From Candidatus Moraniibacteriota bacterium (GTDB lineage Bacteria > Patescibacteriota > Minisyncoccia > Moranbacterales > UBA1568): a DNA stretch of 64,000 nt. Below, in pieces: positions 10,511-20,273 of this stretch; the stretch's first letter is position 1; each line of letters begins with the position of its first letter. The DNA is taken from positions 339,042-403,041 of the forward strand of contig CP064974.1 of NCBI GenBank assembly GCA_016699385.1. The letters run 5' to 3'. The translations under genes were made by a program, and so were the position numbers. The notes under the pieces were generated by a model. The model did no database searches. It was not told where the DNA came from and saw only the letters and a list, made by a program, of their open reading frames with translations.

Positions 10511-10715
10511 TTGCTTTTTTTGAGACTTTTTTCTTTTCAAGAATATTGATTCTCAGTGTGGTTCGGGATGTGATAAGCTCTAAAGAAACCTTGGAGAATC
10601 TTTGGAATTATATGTAAAAGACATCTTCTGTGGTTCCATGAATGTTCATAGTGACTCAGAGAAATTACTGTGCCAAAAGTGAAAGCAGTATCGGTAAATA
10701 CTCTTGCATAAAGAC

Positions 10716-13022
10716 ATGTTTCTCAAGCGGATTGAAATTTCGGGGTTTAAGTCGTTTGCGCGGAAAACCGTGCTGGAGTTTTCCGGTGCAAGCGGAGGGT
10801 TTCCGCTCACGGCTATCGTGGGACCAAATGGGTCGGGCAAGTCGAATGTTGCCGATGCGATACGCTGGACAATTGGCGAGCAATCGGCGAAACATCTGCG
10901 TGGCAAGAAAAGCGAAGACGTTATCTTTGCAGGGACGGGAACCAAGGCGCGTCTTGGGAGCGCATCTGTTTCGCTCTTCTTTGACAATAGTGACAAAAAG
11001 ATTCCGGTTGAATATGCGGAAGTCGTCATCACGCGAAGGCTCTTCCGAAATGGAGAGAGCGAATACCTTATCAATGGCGCTCGTGTGCGACTTCTCGACG
11101 TGACGGATTTACTTGCTCAGGCATCGATTGGTAAGGATAGCTACTCGGTTATCACACAGGGTATGTCGGACGCTGTGTTGTCGGCGACACCTTTGGAACG
11201 GCGCATGATGCTGGAGGAAGCGGCTGGCGTGAAGCAGTATCGTCTTGAGAAAGAACGCTCGCTCCGGAAATTGGAATCGACGCGGGAGAATCTCGTGCGT
11301 GTGGATGCGCTCCTCGTCGAGATAGAGCCGCATCTCAAGAATCTGAAGCGACAAGCGGAGAAAGCGTCGCGCGGTGCGGAAGTGGCAGAGAATTTGCGAG
11401 CAAAACAAACACAACGATTTGCGTTTTTGTGGCACACATTTGAGAAAGAGCGAAAAGAATTTGAAGGAAAGTTTGAGATAGAGTCTGCGCGCCTCCATGA
11501 ATTGGAGCAGCAATCGGAACGCATCAATCACGACCTTGTCGAAGAATCAAAACGCATCGAAGCTCCAACAAAGGATGGTAGTGAACAGAAGGTGCGAGCA
11601 TTGCGGGAGTCGCTCTACACGGTAGAACGAGATCTCTCGGTACTTCTCGGGAAGAGGGAAGTGGAAGAAGAGCGTCGCAAACCTCGTGAAGTCGTGGAGA
11701 GTGTCGCGGTTGATCGGGAATTTGTACAGAAACATCTTGCCGAAATTCGATCGCATCAAGAGAAGCTTATCGATCGGCTCTCGCATGTCGAGTCGCTTGA
11801 TGAGCTTCAGGAACTTCGCGAGTTGGCGCGCGTTATTCAAACGCGTCTCTCCGAATTGCATGGGCATGCCGGTGCCGGGACAGTGGTGACCAAGCACATG
11901 GTCGAGATTCCTGAGGAAGAGCTCGCAAAAAGCGATGAACGGCTCGATGCGCTTCGTACAGAGGAAACACGTCTCTCTGAAAAAAAGCGGTCACTCCAAG
12001 AGAAAATCACGGAGGAAGAGCGAGTCGCCGAAGAAGAACGACGACGTCTTGAGGAAAGTCGGCGGAAGTTCTTTGAGCTCGAACGAAAAGCGCGAGATAT
12101 GCAGATGGAAATGAATCGCCTGAAAGATGCCGAGAATGAACGCAAAGTGCGACGCGCCCGTGTTGAGGTTCGCGAGGAAGACTTGACTAAGGAGATTCTT
12201 GAGGAGCTTCGAATGAAACCCGAGGAACTCACATGGAATGGAGAAATTCTCGATGCGGAGAAATTTGAGCGTGATATTATCCGGCTCAAAGTGGAGCTCG
12301 AACATATTGGCGGTATCGACCCGATGGTAATCGAAGAATGTACGGAAACCGAAAAGCGTTTTGCTTTCCTCTCAACAGAGTCGGGAGATCTCAAAAAGGC
12401 GATGCAGTCGCTTCGTCAGGTGGTTCGAGAAATGGATACCAAGATTCATACTGCGTTTGAGATAGCTTGGAAAGAAGTGCATCGCGAGTTTGATCGATAT
12501 TTCAAAATTATTTTTGGCGGAGGCGAAGCGAAACTCTTGAAAATTCCCGTAGAGCGGCGCGGGAGCGCAGGTATATTTGAAGATGCTTCAGAAGAAAAGA
12601 ATGCTGATTTGTCTGATGATGGAGAAGTATCATTGAATCTAGAAAAGAATGAAATTGATATTGGTATCGATATCGTCGCATCGCCACCCGGGAAGAAAAT
12701 CGGGAATCTCGCCATGCTCTCGGGCGGGGAGCGATCGCTCACGGCGCTCGCACTTCTCTTTGCTATTATTTCACACAATCCGCCACCATTTGCCGTACTC
12801 GACGAAGTAGAAGCAGCGCTCGATGAGGCAAACTCAAAACGCTTCAGCGATCTCTTGTCCGAGCTGTCGGAGAGGACGCAGTTTGTCGCTATCACGCACA
12901 ACCGCGAGACAATGCGCCGCGCTTCTATCCTCTACGGTGTCACTATGGGAGATGATGGTATATCCAAAATTCTCTCTGTCCGCCTCGACCAAATTGGCAC
13001 TGGCGGAAAGATACGAGCGTAA
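10716..13022 (+). CDS. smc: SMC-family chromosome segregation ATPase (short, hinge-less form)
   Basis: N-terminal head (FKSF...GPNGSGKSN..DAIRW..GEQSAKHLRG), long coiled-coil, and C-terminal signature LSGGERSLTALALLFAI with Walker B DEVEAALD. The ORF opens at 10704, but the SMC consensus start (MFLKRIEISGFKSF) maps to the ATG at 10716. At ~770 aa it is far shorter than the canonical ~1180 aa. Confidence 0.8.
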   Translation: MFLKRIEISGFKSFARKTVLEFSGASGGFPLTAIVGPNGSGKSNVADAIRWTIGEQSAKHLRGKKSEDVIFAGTGTKARLGSASVSLFFDNSDKKIPVEYAEVVITRRLFRNGESEYLINGARVRLLDVTDLLAQASIGKDSYSVITQGMSDAVLSATPLERRMMLEEAAGVKQYRLEKERSLRKLESTRENLVRVDALLVEIEPHLKNLKRQAEKASRGAEVAENLRAKQTQRFAFLWHTFEKERKEFEGKFEIESARLHELEQQSERINHDLVEESKRIEAPTKDGSEQKVRALRESLYTVERDLSVLLGKREVEEERRKPREVVESVAVDREFVQKHLAEIRSHQEKLIDRLSHVESLDELQELRELARVIQTRLSELHGHAGAGTVVTKHMVEIPEEELAKSDERLDALRTEETRLSEKKRSLQEKITEEERVAEEERRRLEESRRKFFELERKARDMQMEMNRLKDAENERKVRRARVEVREEDLTKEILEELRMKPEELTWNGEILDAEKFERDIIRLKVELEHIGGIDPMVIEECTETEKRFAFLSTESGDLKKAMQSLRQVVREMDTKIHTAFEIAWKEVHREFDRYFKIIFGGGEAKLLKIPVERRGSAGIFEDASEEKNADLSDDGEVSLNLEKNEIDIGIDIVASPPGKKIGNLAMLSGGERSLTALALLFAIISHNPPPFAVLDEVEAALDEANSKRFSDLLSELSERTQFVAITHNRETMRRASILYGVTMGDDGISKILSVRLDQIGTGGKIRA

Positions 13023-13095
13023 TGGCTTTTTCTTGCCAGGGGTTGTGAAATTCGGTAGAGTGGAAGCACTGTTTGAATGTGATCGTTTTGAAATT

Positions 13096-14550
13096 ATGCG
13101 TGAAGATATATTGTCGGCGCGAAAGGAAAAATTGGACAAGATGGTGGCAGAATTTGGCAGTGCGTATCCGGATGCGACACACCGGACGCATACGAATGCT
13201 GATGCTCTGGCTGATTTCGACTCGCTTACGGAGCAAAAGGTTCTTGTCTCGCTTGTCGGGCGAGTGCGGTCGTTTCGAAGTATGGGGAAGATTGCCTTTG
13301 CACATATCGAGGATGAGAGTGGGAAGATGCAAGTGTTCATTCGAAAGGGTGAGCTCTCAGATGAGTTGTTTGCTGCCTTCCTCGATGGTGTTGATGTGGG
13401 AGACTTTCTCGAGGTCTCTGGGACACTTTTTATTACGAAGCAAAATGAAAAGACGCTTGCGGTGTCAGCATGGCGAATGCTCTCAAAGTCTCTGCGACCG
13501 TTGCCATCGGAATTCTACGGACTCAAAGACGAAGAGGAGCTCTTGCGACGGCGCTATCTTGACCTCGCGATGAATCCGGAAACTCGCGAGCTTTTCCGGA
13601 AGAAGTCTCTTTTTTGGCAAACTATCCGCACGTTTCTTATTGAGGAAAAATTTCTCGAAGTGCAGACGCCGGTCTTGGAACACATCCCAGGCGGTGCCGA
13701 GGCGGAGCCGTTTGTGACACATCACAATGCGCTTGACCAAGATTTCTACCTTCGTATCTCGCTCGAACTTCCACTTAAGCGCCTTTTGGTTGGCGGGTAT
13801 GAACGCGTTTTCGAAATTGGGCGCGTGTTCCGGAATGAGGGTATCGACCGCGAGCACTTGCAGGAATTTGATCACATGGAGTTCTATGCCGCCTATGCTG
13901 ATATGAAAATGGGCATGGATATGGTGGAGAGGCTCTATCGAAATATTGTCGAGCGCGTGACGGAAGGTTTTGAAACGAAGTGGAACGAAGAAACAATCGA
14001 TTGGAAGAAGCCGTTTGCTATCGTCGATTATTTTGGTGCCTTCAAACAAGAAACCGGTATCGATCTTTCGGAAAATATTTCCGTCGAAACATTGAAGAAG
14101 AAGGCCGATGAGTTGGGTATCAAGTACGAAGCATCGTATGGCAAAGGGCGAATGATCGATACGATATACAAGAAAACCGTGCGCAAGAAACTCATTCAAC
14201 CGTGTTTCTTGGTCGGGCATCCGATTGATGTCTCACCCCTCGCAAAGCGCGATCCGAAATTCCCAAATAAGGTTCTTCGCTTCCAGCCAATCGCGGCAGC
14301 AAGTGAGCTTGGGAATGGTTTCGCCGAGCTCAATGATCCGATCGATCAACGAACCCGATTCGAGGAACAAATGAAACTGCGCGAATCTGGTGATGCAGAA
14401 GCTCAGCAACTCGACGAAGATTTCTTGGAAGCTTTGGAATACGGTATGCCTCCCGCCTGCGGCTTCGGCATGAGCGAACGCTTCTTCGCCATCCTCATGA
14501 ATCGCTCGGTGAGAGAGACGGTCATTTTCCCGCCGATGCGAGGGAAATAA
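13096..14550 (+). CDS. lysS: Lysyl-tRNA synthetase (class II)
   Basis: Class II aaRS motifs 1-3 with an N-terminal OB anticodon-binding domain. The ORF runs open from 12823 (overlapping the smc 3' end), but the homology-supported start is the ATG at 13096 (MREDILSARKEKL). Confidence 0.9.
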   Translation: MREDILSARKEKLDKMVAEFGSAYPDATHRTHTNADALADFDSLTEQKVLVSLVGRVRSFRSMGKIAFAHIEDESGKMQVFIRKGELSDELFAAFLDGVDVGDFLEVSGTLFITKQNEKTLAVSAWRMLSKSLRPLPSEFYGLKDEEELLRRRYLDLAMNPETRELFRKKSLFWQTIRTFLIEEKFLEVQTPVLEHIPGGAEAEPFVTHHNALDQDFYLRISLELPLKRLLVGGYERVFEIGRVFRNEGIDREHLQEFDHMEFYAAYADMKMGMDMVERLYRNIVERVTEGFETKWNEETIDWKKPFAIVDYFGAFKQETGIDLSENISVETLKKKADELGIKYEASYGKGRMIDTIYKKTVRKKLIQPCFLVGHPIDVSPLAKRDPKFPNKVLRFQPIAAASELGNGFAELNDPIDQRTRFEEQMKLRESGDAEAQQLDEDFLEALEYGMPPACGFGMSERFFAILMNRSVRETVIFPPMRGK

Positions 14551-14564
14551 ACATTTGAAATATT

Positions 14565-15893
14565 ATGCTCGATATACAATATATTCGTGATCACAAAGAT
14601 GAGGTAGCGAAAGCAGCAGAGGCGAAACATATCGCTCTTGATGTGAATGAGCTTCTTGTTGTCGACAAAGAACGCGTTCGGTTGCTCCAGGAACTAGAGG
14701 AATTGTATTCTCTCAAGAACGATATCAATGATTTGATTGCCAAAGCGACGCCAGAGGAGCGTGCGGAGATTCTCGCGAAGGGGAAAGAAATAAAACAAAA
14801 GATAGAAGTGTTGGAGCCGGAGTTTGGAAGAGTGAAGAAAGCTTTCGATGGGCTTATGGCACAGGTGCCGATGGTGCCGTCGCTGGATACGCCTCTTGGA
14901 TCGAGCGATTCGGACAACGTTGAAGTGCTCGTTCATGGCGAGAAACGTGTCTTTGCTTTTACTCCGAAGAATCATATCGAATTAGGGAAGTCGCTCGATA
15001 TTCTCGATTTCGAACGCGGTACCAAGGTAGGCGGGTATCGCGGATACTATCTCAAGAATGAAGGTGCGCTGCTTGTCATGGGACTCATGATGTACGCCGT
15101 GCAGAAGCTCGTCTCAAAAGGATATCAGCCGATGATTCCGCCGACACTAGTGAAGGGCTTTGCGCTTTTTGGGAGTGGGTATTTCAAGGGAGTGGAATAT
15201 GATGCAACGATAGACGAGGTGTATCAGGTGGCGACCGGCGACAAGGAAGCAAGTGGGGAACTTTCGCGGGACAAAAAATTTCTTGTAGGAACAGCCGAGC
15301 CGTCACTCTTGTCGTATTATTCCAACGAAACGCTTGATGGAGCAACGTTGCCGCTGAAGCTCGCCGGATTTAGCCCGTGCTATCGGAGTGAAATCGGAAG
15401 TTATGGCAAGGATACAAAGGGTCTCTATCGCGTGCACGAATTTTTCAAGGTGGAGCAGGTTGTGATTGCGCCGGCGGATATTGAAGAAGCGAACGTAATT
15501 CAAGATGAGATGATTGGTATCTCGCGAGAGATGCATGAGGAGCTTGGTCTCCCGTATCGATTGCTCAAAATTTGCACAGGCGATATGAGCGCGGGGAAAT
15601 ATCGTGCTTTCGACATCGAGGCATGGATGCCGGGACTTGAGCGCTTCGGTGAGACAGGATCTGCTTCCAACTTCCTCGATTGGCAGTCGAGACGATTGAA
15701 CGTGAAGTATACGGACGCGAAAACCAGCGAGAAAAAATTTGTCTATATGCTCAACAACACGGCACTCCCATCCCCGCGCATACTGATTGCTATTCTCGAG
15801 AACTTTCAGCAAGAGGACGGCAGTGTCATCGTGCCAGAGGTGCTCCGTCCATACGTCGGCAAGGAAGTGATGGTGCCGAGGCAGGAAAATTGA
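14565..15893 (+). CDS. serS: Seryl-tRNA synthetase
   Basis: 442 aa with an N-terminal coiled-coil tRNA-binding arm and a class II catalytic core (motif 2/3 region FRxE, GSA..). Confidence 0.9.
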   Translation: MLDIQYIRDHKDEVAKAAEAKHIALDVNELLVVDKERVRLLQELEELYSLKNDINDLIAKATPEERAEILAKGKEIKQKIEVLEPEFGRVKKAFDGLMAQVPMVPSLDTPLGSSDSDNVEVLVHGEKRVFAFTPKNHIELGKSLDILDFERGTKVGGYRGYYLKNEGALLVMGLMMYAVQKLVSKGYQPMIPPTLVKGFALFGSGYFKGVEYDATIDEVYQVATGDKEASGELSRDKKFLVGTAEPSLLSYYSNETLDGATLPLKLAGFSPCYRSEIGSYGKDTKGLYRVHEFFKVEQVVIAPADIEEANVIQDEMIGISREMHEELGLPYRLLKICTGDMSAGKYRAFDIEAWMPGLERFGETGSASNFLDWQSRRLNVKYTDAKTSEKKFVYMLNNTALPSPRILIAILENFQQEDGSVIVPEVLRPYVGKEVMVPRQEN

Positions 15894-15965
15894 CGCATTT
15901 CGGGGTGATTGCTACTATACGGAGTGAACTGGATTTGGGCATTTCTTGTCCTCTTCTTGTTGTTT

Positions 15966-16039
15966 GGGTCGGTAGCTCAGCCTGGTAGAGCAGCTCCCTT
16001 TTAAGGAGAATGTCGTGGGTTCGAATCCCACCCGACCCA
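15966..16039 (+). tRNA. tRNA-Lys (anticodon TTT)
   Basis: Cloverleaf with acceptor GGGTCGG/CCGACCC, anticodon loop CUUUUAA, and T-arm GTGGG-TTCGAAT-CCCAC. Coordinates ±2 nt. Confidence 0.85.
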
Positions 16040-16272
16040 CGTGAAATTGAGAATGTTGTGGATTTCCTTTGTTATCCTGACCGGAATAATGAAGGGGTGA
16101 AATGGAAGTCTGACTATTGGTAGACAGGAGTCTTAGATTTGTGGAGAGGCAGCACTTTCGGAAAGGTTGAGATTCCTCGATTTCGCTCGGAACGACAAGG
16201 CTTTTGTTTTGTAGTTTCAAACAGAGTATTTGTAGTATTTTTCGTAAGGTGAGTTATCAAAAATAAAAAGTT

Positions 16273-17328
16273 ATGAAGAAGATATCTTTTCTTGTAATGC
16301 CGATTGCGTTCGCGGTGCTTTCGCTCTCCGGATGTTCATTTCCCGGAGCATCCTCTTCTGGAAGTGGTTCGGCGATACTCAAATCGATGGATGGCGGGAA
16401 GACATATGTTCCAAAAGTGACGATTGATGCAAAGACAACGATAGCGCCAGCGGATATATTGTCAGTGGTGTTCGAAGCGAGCAATCCCAATCATATTACT
16501 GTCGGGACGCGAGAGAACGGGATATTTACGAGTGAGAATGGCGGTGATGTGTGGAAGAAGATGAATTTTCCGCCAACCAAAACCTATGGACTCGTTGCGG
16601 ACTGGAGTAATCCAGCACGACTTTATGCGACGGGCGATTGGCAGGGTCGTGGGAAGATGTATAAGAGTGAAGATCATGGCGTGAAGTGGGATGAGATCTA
16701 TACTGAGCCGAATACTGGCACCGTCATCACGATGCTTGCTCAGAATCCGAAGCATCCGGAGACGCTTTATGCCGGTACGAGTACGGGAGTTGTCTTTCGG
16801 ACGACAGACAGCGGGCAAACATGGGGGAGTCTCCAGAGCGTCGATACTCCAGCGCTCGCACTTACCTTTGATTCGGCTGGCGATACGTTCTACGTGCTCT
16901 CATCCAAGAAGGGGATATTTCGATCGCAGGATGGTGGCGTGACTCTTGAAGCTATTCCTTCAGGGAAATCGAAATCATCGGTGACGAAGACGCTTCCCGA
17001 AGTGACATCGTTTGCGTCAGACCCATCTCGATCGGGTACGCTCTATGCAGGGACGAAGAACGGACTTTTTCGAAGTCGGGATTTTGGCGATAGTTGGGAA
17101 GAAGTCTCGGTTATAGAAAGCTCAAAGAAATTTTCGGTTCGGTCGATAGCAATCAATCCGCACAATTCGAATGAGCTTCTCTATGGAGCAGCGCTTGCGG
17201 TGTATAAGTCGGTTGATGGCGGATTGACATGGTCGGTATATCAACTCGATGCCAATCGCGCTGTTGGTACGATTCGGTATAGTCCATCGGATTCGAATAC
17301 TCTCTATCTTGGACTTCGCACATTTTAG
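16273..17328 (+). CDS. Lipoprotein with BNR/Asp-box (sialidase/Ycf48-like) beta-propeller repeats
   Basis: Lipoprotein signal peptide with lipobox (LSLSGCS). At least 5 Asp-box repeats of the S-x-D-x-G-x-T-W type (SEDHGVKW, TDSGQTW, SQDGGVT, SRDFGDSW, SVDGGLTW). Confidence 0.6.
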   Translation: MKKISFLVMPIAFAVLSLSGCSFPGASSSGSGSAILKSMDGGKTYVPKVTIDAKTTIAPADILSVVFEASNPNHITVGTRENGIFTSENGGDVWKKMNFPPTKTYGLVADWSNPARLYATGDWQGRGKMYKSEDHGVKWDEIYTEPNTGTVITMLAQNPKHPETLYAGTSTGVVFRTTDSGQTWGSLQSVDTPALALTFDSAGDTFYVLSSKKGIFRSQDGGVTLEAIPSGKSKSSVTKTLPEVTSFASDPSRSGTLYAGTKNGLFRSRDFGDSWEEVSVIESSKKFSVRSIAINPHNSNELLYGAALAVYKSVDGGLTWSVYQLDANRAVGTIRYSPSDSNTLYLGLRTF

Positions 17329-17359
17329 CAACTCCCTTTTCCGTATTTTGAAACTTACT

Positions 17360-17917
17360 ATGTACCAATCGATTATTGATGAGCGAAAGGATTTGTTTGA
17401 AGATGCTATTGGTCATTTTTCTGAAGAAACAGCAAAAATCAGGACGGGTCGAGCAACTCCGGCTTTGGTTGAGCATGTACTTGTTGACTACTACGGCACT
17501 CGGTCTCCACTCAAGCAAATTGCGAGTGTATCGGCGCCAGAAGCGCGACTCCTCTTGGTTCAGCCGTGGGACAAGGGAGCGCTTGTCTCGATAGAATCGG
17601 CGATTCGTGACGCAGATTTGGGACTCAACCCATCAAATGATGGACAAATCATACGGCTTTCTGTCCCGGCACTGACCGAGGAGCGTCGGCGAGACCTCGT
17701 GAAATCGCTCAACCGGATTGCTGAGGAAGCGCGCATCGCTATTCGCACCATACGTGAAGACGCCTGGAAAGAAATCCAAGATGTCGAGAAGTCCGGCGGC
17801 ATGGGTGAGGATGACAAGTTCCATGGAAAAGATGCTCTGCAGGAATTGGTAGAGGCATACAACGCGCGTATAGAAGAATTGCGAAAGAAGAAAGAAGGAG
17901 AGATCATGACGGTATAA
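17360..17917 (+). CDS. frr: Ribosome recycling factor
   Basis: RRF family homology over ~185 aa. The true start is the internal ATG at 17360 (MYQSIIDERKD...). The ORF track's upstream extension overlaps the preceding gene. Confidence 0.9.
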   Translation: MYQSIIDERKDLFEDAIGHFSEETAKIRTGRATPALVEHVLVDYYGTRSPLKQIASVSAPEARLLLVQPWDKGALVSIESAIRDADLGLNPSNDGQIIRLSVPALTEERRRDLVKSLNRIAEEARIAIRTIREDAWKEIQDVEKSGGMGEDDKFHGKDALQELVEAYNARIEELRKKKEGEIMTV

Positions 17918-17992
17918 TTCGAATTTTTCTCAGAATCTCCTCACTCTTGGAAAGTACCAAGATTTCACAAAGAATTCTTTTCACTCCCTTTT

Positions 17993-19144
17993 ATGTCTAT
18001 CATACTGGTATTTATCATCGTTCTCGGAGCGCTTATCTTTGTTCATGAATTGGGGCATTTCCTCATGGCGCGCCGGAGCGGTATGAAGGTTGAGGAATTT
18101 GGCTTTGGCTTCCCGCCTCGCCTCGCCGGTTTTGTTTGGAATGAGGAGAAAAAGCGCCACACATTTGTTCCCGGCAATCGGGAAGTGACATCGCCGTATA
18201 CGGTGTACTCGATAAACTGGATTCCGTTTGGAGGATTTGTCCGTATCAAAGGGGAGAATGGCGAAGGCGCACAGGATGACGATAGCTTTGCTTCAAAGGG
18301 TGCAATCCCGCGAATCAAGACGCTCTCAGCAGGAGTCGTGATGAACTTTCTTTTTGCATGGTTTCTCATTTCTATCGTCCTCATGATTGGTTTCCCGCGA
18401 GCAATCGATCCGGATGAGAAAATAGATCCCTCAAAGATTGAGGTACAGATTGCACAGGTTGCCCCTGGGACGCCCGCTTCGGACATGGGTGCCAAAATGG
18501 GCGATACGATTATCTCTGTGAATGGAGAGAAGCTCCTCCGTGTCGAAGGAGTGCAAAAAATAATCCAAGAAAACAAAGGGAAAGAATTGACACTCGAAGT
18601 GCGTCGAGGGAAGGAAATGCTCGCGCTTCATGGAGTGCCACGCATTGACTATCCGGAAGACCAAGGTGCTCTCGGCATAGCGCTTGGAGAAATCACTCTT
18701 GCTCGCTACTCGTTCTTTGAGGCGATTGTGCAGGGCGCAGTCAGCACCTGGCAGAATACCGTGATGATGGTGTCGGGTATCGGGATGTTGCTCGGGAGCC
18801 TCTTTACGTGGAATAGTGCCGGACTCTCAGATGTCTCGGGACCAATTGGTATTGCCTATCTCACCAAAGAAGTGACAAGTCTTGGCTTTGTCTACCTTCT
18901 CTACTTCACGGCGATTTTGAGTATCAATCTTGGCGTATTGAATATCCTTCCATTTCCCGCGCTCGATGGCGGACGCGTGCTCTTTGTTATTATCGAAAAG
19001 ATAAAAGGTTCCCCGGTGAGTCAGCGGACGGAAGGACTGTTCCATCAATTTGGCTTCTTGCTTCTTATCGTGCTGATGATTGCTGTCACGGTGCATGATT
19101 TTGCCAAGTTCAATATCGTTGGGAAAATTTGGGGACTTTTCTAG
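17993..19144 (+). CDS. rseP: RseP-like site-2 protease (M50 zinc metalloprotease with PDZ domain)
   Basis: HExxH zinc motif in TM1 (HELGHF), a central PDZ domain, and the C-terminal LDGG motif (FPALDGGR). Confidence 0.85.
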   Translation: MSIILVFIIVLGALIFVHELGHFLMARRSGMKVEEFGFGFPPRLAGFVWNEEKKRHTFVPGNREVTSPYTVYSINWIPFGGFVRIKGENGEGAQDDDSFASKGAIPRIKTLSAGVVMNFLFAWFLISIVLMIGFPRAIDPDEKIDPSKIEVQIAQVAPGTPASDMGAKMGDTIISVNGEKLLRVEGVQKIIQENKGKELTLEVRRGKEMLALHGVPRIDYPEDQGALGIALGEITLARYSFFEAIVQGAVSTWQNTVMMVSGIGMLLGSLFTWNSAGLSDVSGPIGIAYLTKEVTSLGFVYLLYFTAILSINLGVLNILPFPALDGGRVLFVIIEKIKGSPVSQRTEGLFHQFGFLLLIVLMIAVTVHDFAKFNIVGKIWGLF

Positions 19145-19204
19145 GAATCACATCAGAGCAGGGTGGAGTCATTTCTGAGAGTGGGGAAATCGGGTGGTTT
19201 ACTC

Positions 19205-19233
19205 ATAAAAAAGGCTTTTTAAAGCCTTTTTTA
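19205..19233. terminator. Rho-independent, possibly bidirectional terminator after rseP
   Basis: Palindrome aaaaaaggcttttt/aaagcctttttt with flanking A and T runs. Confidence 0.5.
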
Positions 19234-19320
19234 TGTTTTCACTCTTGACAAGAGCATCATTATCCTGTACGGTGTTCTGTTAGCTTATTGAGTTGGTTTT
19301 TCCTTCTGTTTGCTTCTCAT

Positions 19321-20133
19321 ATGACCTACGAATCATTACTTTCGATTGTTCACAAAAAATGGGGGAGTATTCTCCTTTCAGGGCTTCTTGTGGGGTCGCT
19401 TGCATTTTTCTCACTTGTTTTTTTCTCGAAACACTTCAAAGTGACGACTGATTTCCTGGTCGTGCAAACTGGCACTGGGCAGTCGCAGGATTTTTATTCG
19501 ATGCTTAAGTCGTCCGAATATCTTGGAAAGGTCTTGTCCGAGTCAGTACAGAGTGAAAAGTTTATTGGTGCTGTCGTGGAGACAGGCGGTGTCGATGGAA
19601 ACTTCTTGCCGGGAAATCCCAAGGATCGGCTCGACACGTGGGAGAAAATGGTGAAGGTCACTAATAATCCCGATGTCGGCACACTTCACATAGAAGTGTA
19701 TGACAATAATGATCGTGACGCACTTCATATCGCGCAGGCAGTAGGACAAGTTTTGACCGAACGAAATGCGCTCTTCCGAAGTGGTGATGAAAAAAGTGTC
19801 GAAATCCGCACCCTCTCCGGTCCCATCGTCGAGAAGAATCCAGATATACAACGGATGTTTCTTTCGGCGGGCGCAGGATTTTTCTTCGGAATTTCTTTGT
19901 TTTTGCTTTTTTCGCTCATGAAGGCCGAACGAAAAATGCAAATGCTTTCTTTGTATCAAGGTACTCCTTCACGAGAGATACCGATTTCACCAATGGTCTC
20001 TCCACTGAATAGCATAGCCACCTTACAGCACGAAGAAAAGCAGGAGAAAAACGAAGACACGAATATTCAGACAAAACCGATTTCACAACGTATCTATTCA
20101 GACACTCGCTTGATATTCGATGAAAAGCAATAG
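19321..20133 (+). CDS. Wzz-like polysaccharide co-polymerase (PCP) family membrane protein
   Basis: TM helix, then a ~200-aa extracytoplasmic domain, then a C-terminal TM helix with a G-rich motif (AGAGFFFGISLFLLF). This is PCP/Wzz topology. Start taken at the internal ATG (MTYESLL...). Confidence 0.45.
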   Translation: MTYESLLSIVHKKWGSILLSGLLVGSLAFFSLVFFSKHFKVTTDFLVVQTGTGQSQDFYSMLKSSEYLGKVLSESVQSEKFIGAVVETGGVDGNFLPGNPKDRLDTWEKMVKVTNNPDVGTLHIEVYDNNDRDALHIAQAVGQVLTERNALFRSGDEKSVEIRTLSGPIVEKNPDIQRMFLSAGAGFFFGISLFLLFSLMKAERKMQMLSLYQGTPSREIPISPMVSPLNSIATLQHEEKQEKNEDTNIQTKPISQRIYSDTRLIFDEKQ

Positions 20134-20273
20134 TCTATAGATTGGTTTGCATATTTTTTCTTTGTCTCTCGTGCTAGAGAGGCTGGAAGTGAGAACTTCC
20201 AACCTCTCTGCGGGAGGGATAAAAGTTCCTTTACAACAAGGGTTTTTGAAAAACAAAATCACTACGCGAAAGC

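Noticed and set aside
11837-12394. 185-aa Ser/Arg-rich minus-strand ORF, plus neighbours 11109-11531 and 11547-11897
   Set aside because: Antisense to the GAA/GAG-rich coiled-coil region of smc. The low-complexity translation is an artefact of the purine-rich sense strand.
12823-13095. N-terminal extension of the lysS ORF overlapping the smc 3' end
   Set aside because: The extension (MRQTQNASAISCPSC…) has no LysRS homology and overlaps the smc C-terminal head. The LysRS consensus start is the ATG at 13096.
13483-14220. 245-aa minus-strand ORF
   Set aside because: Antisense inside lysS.
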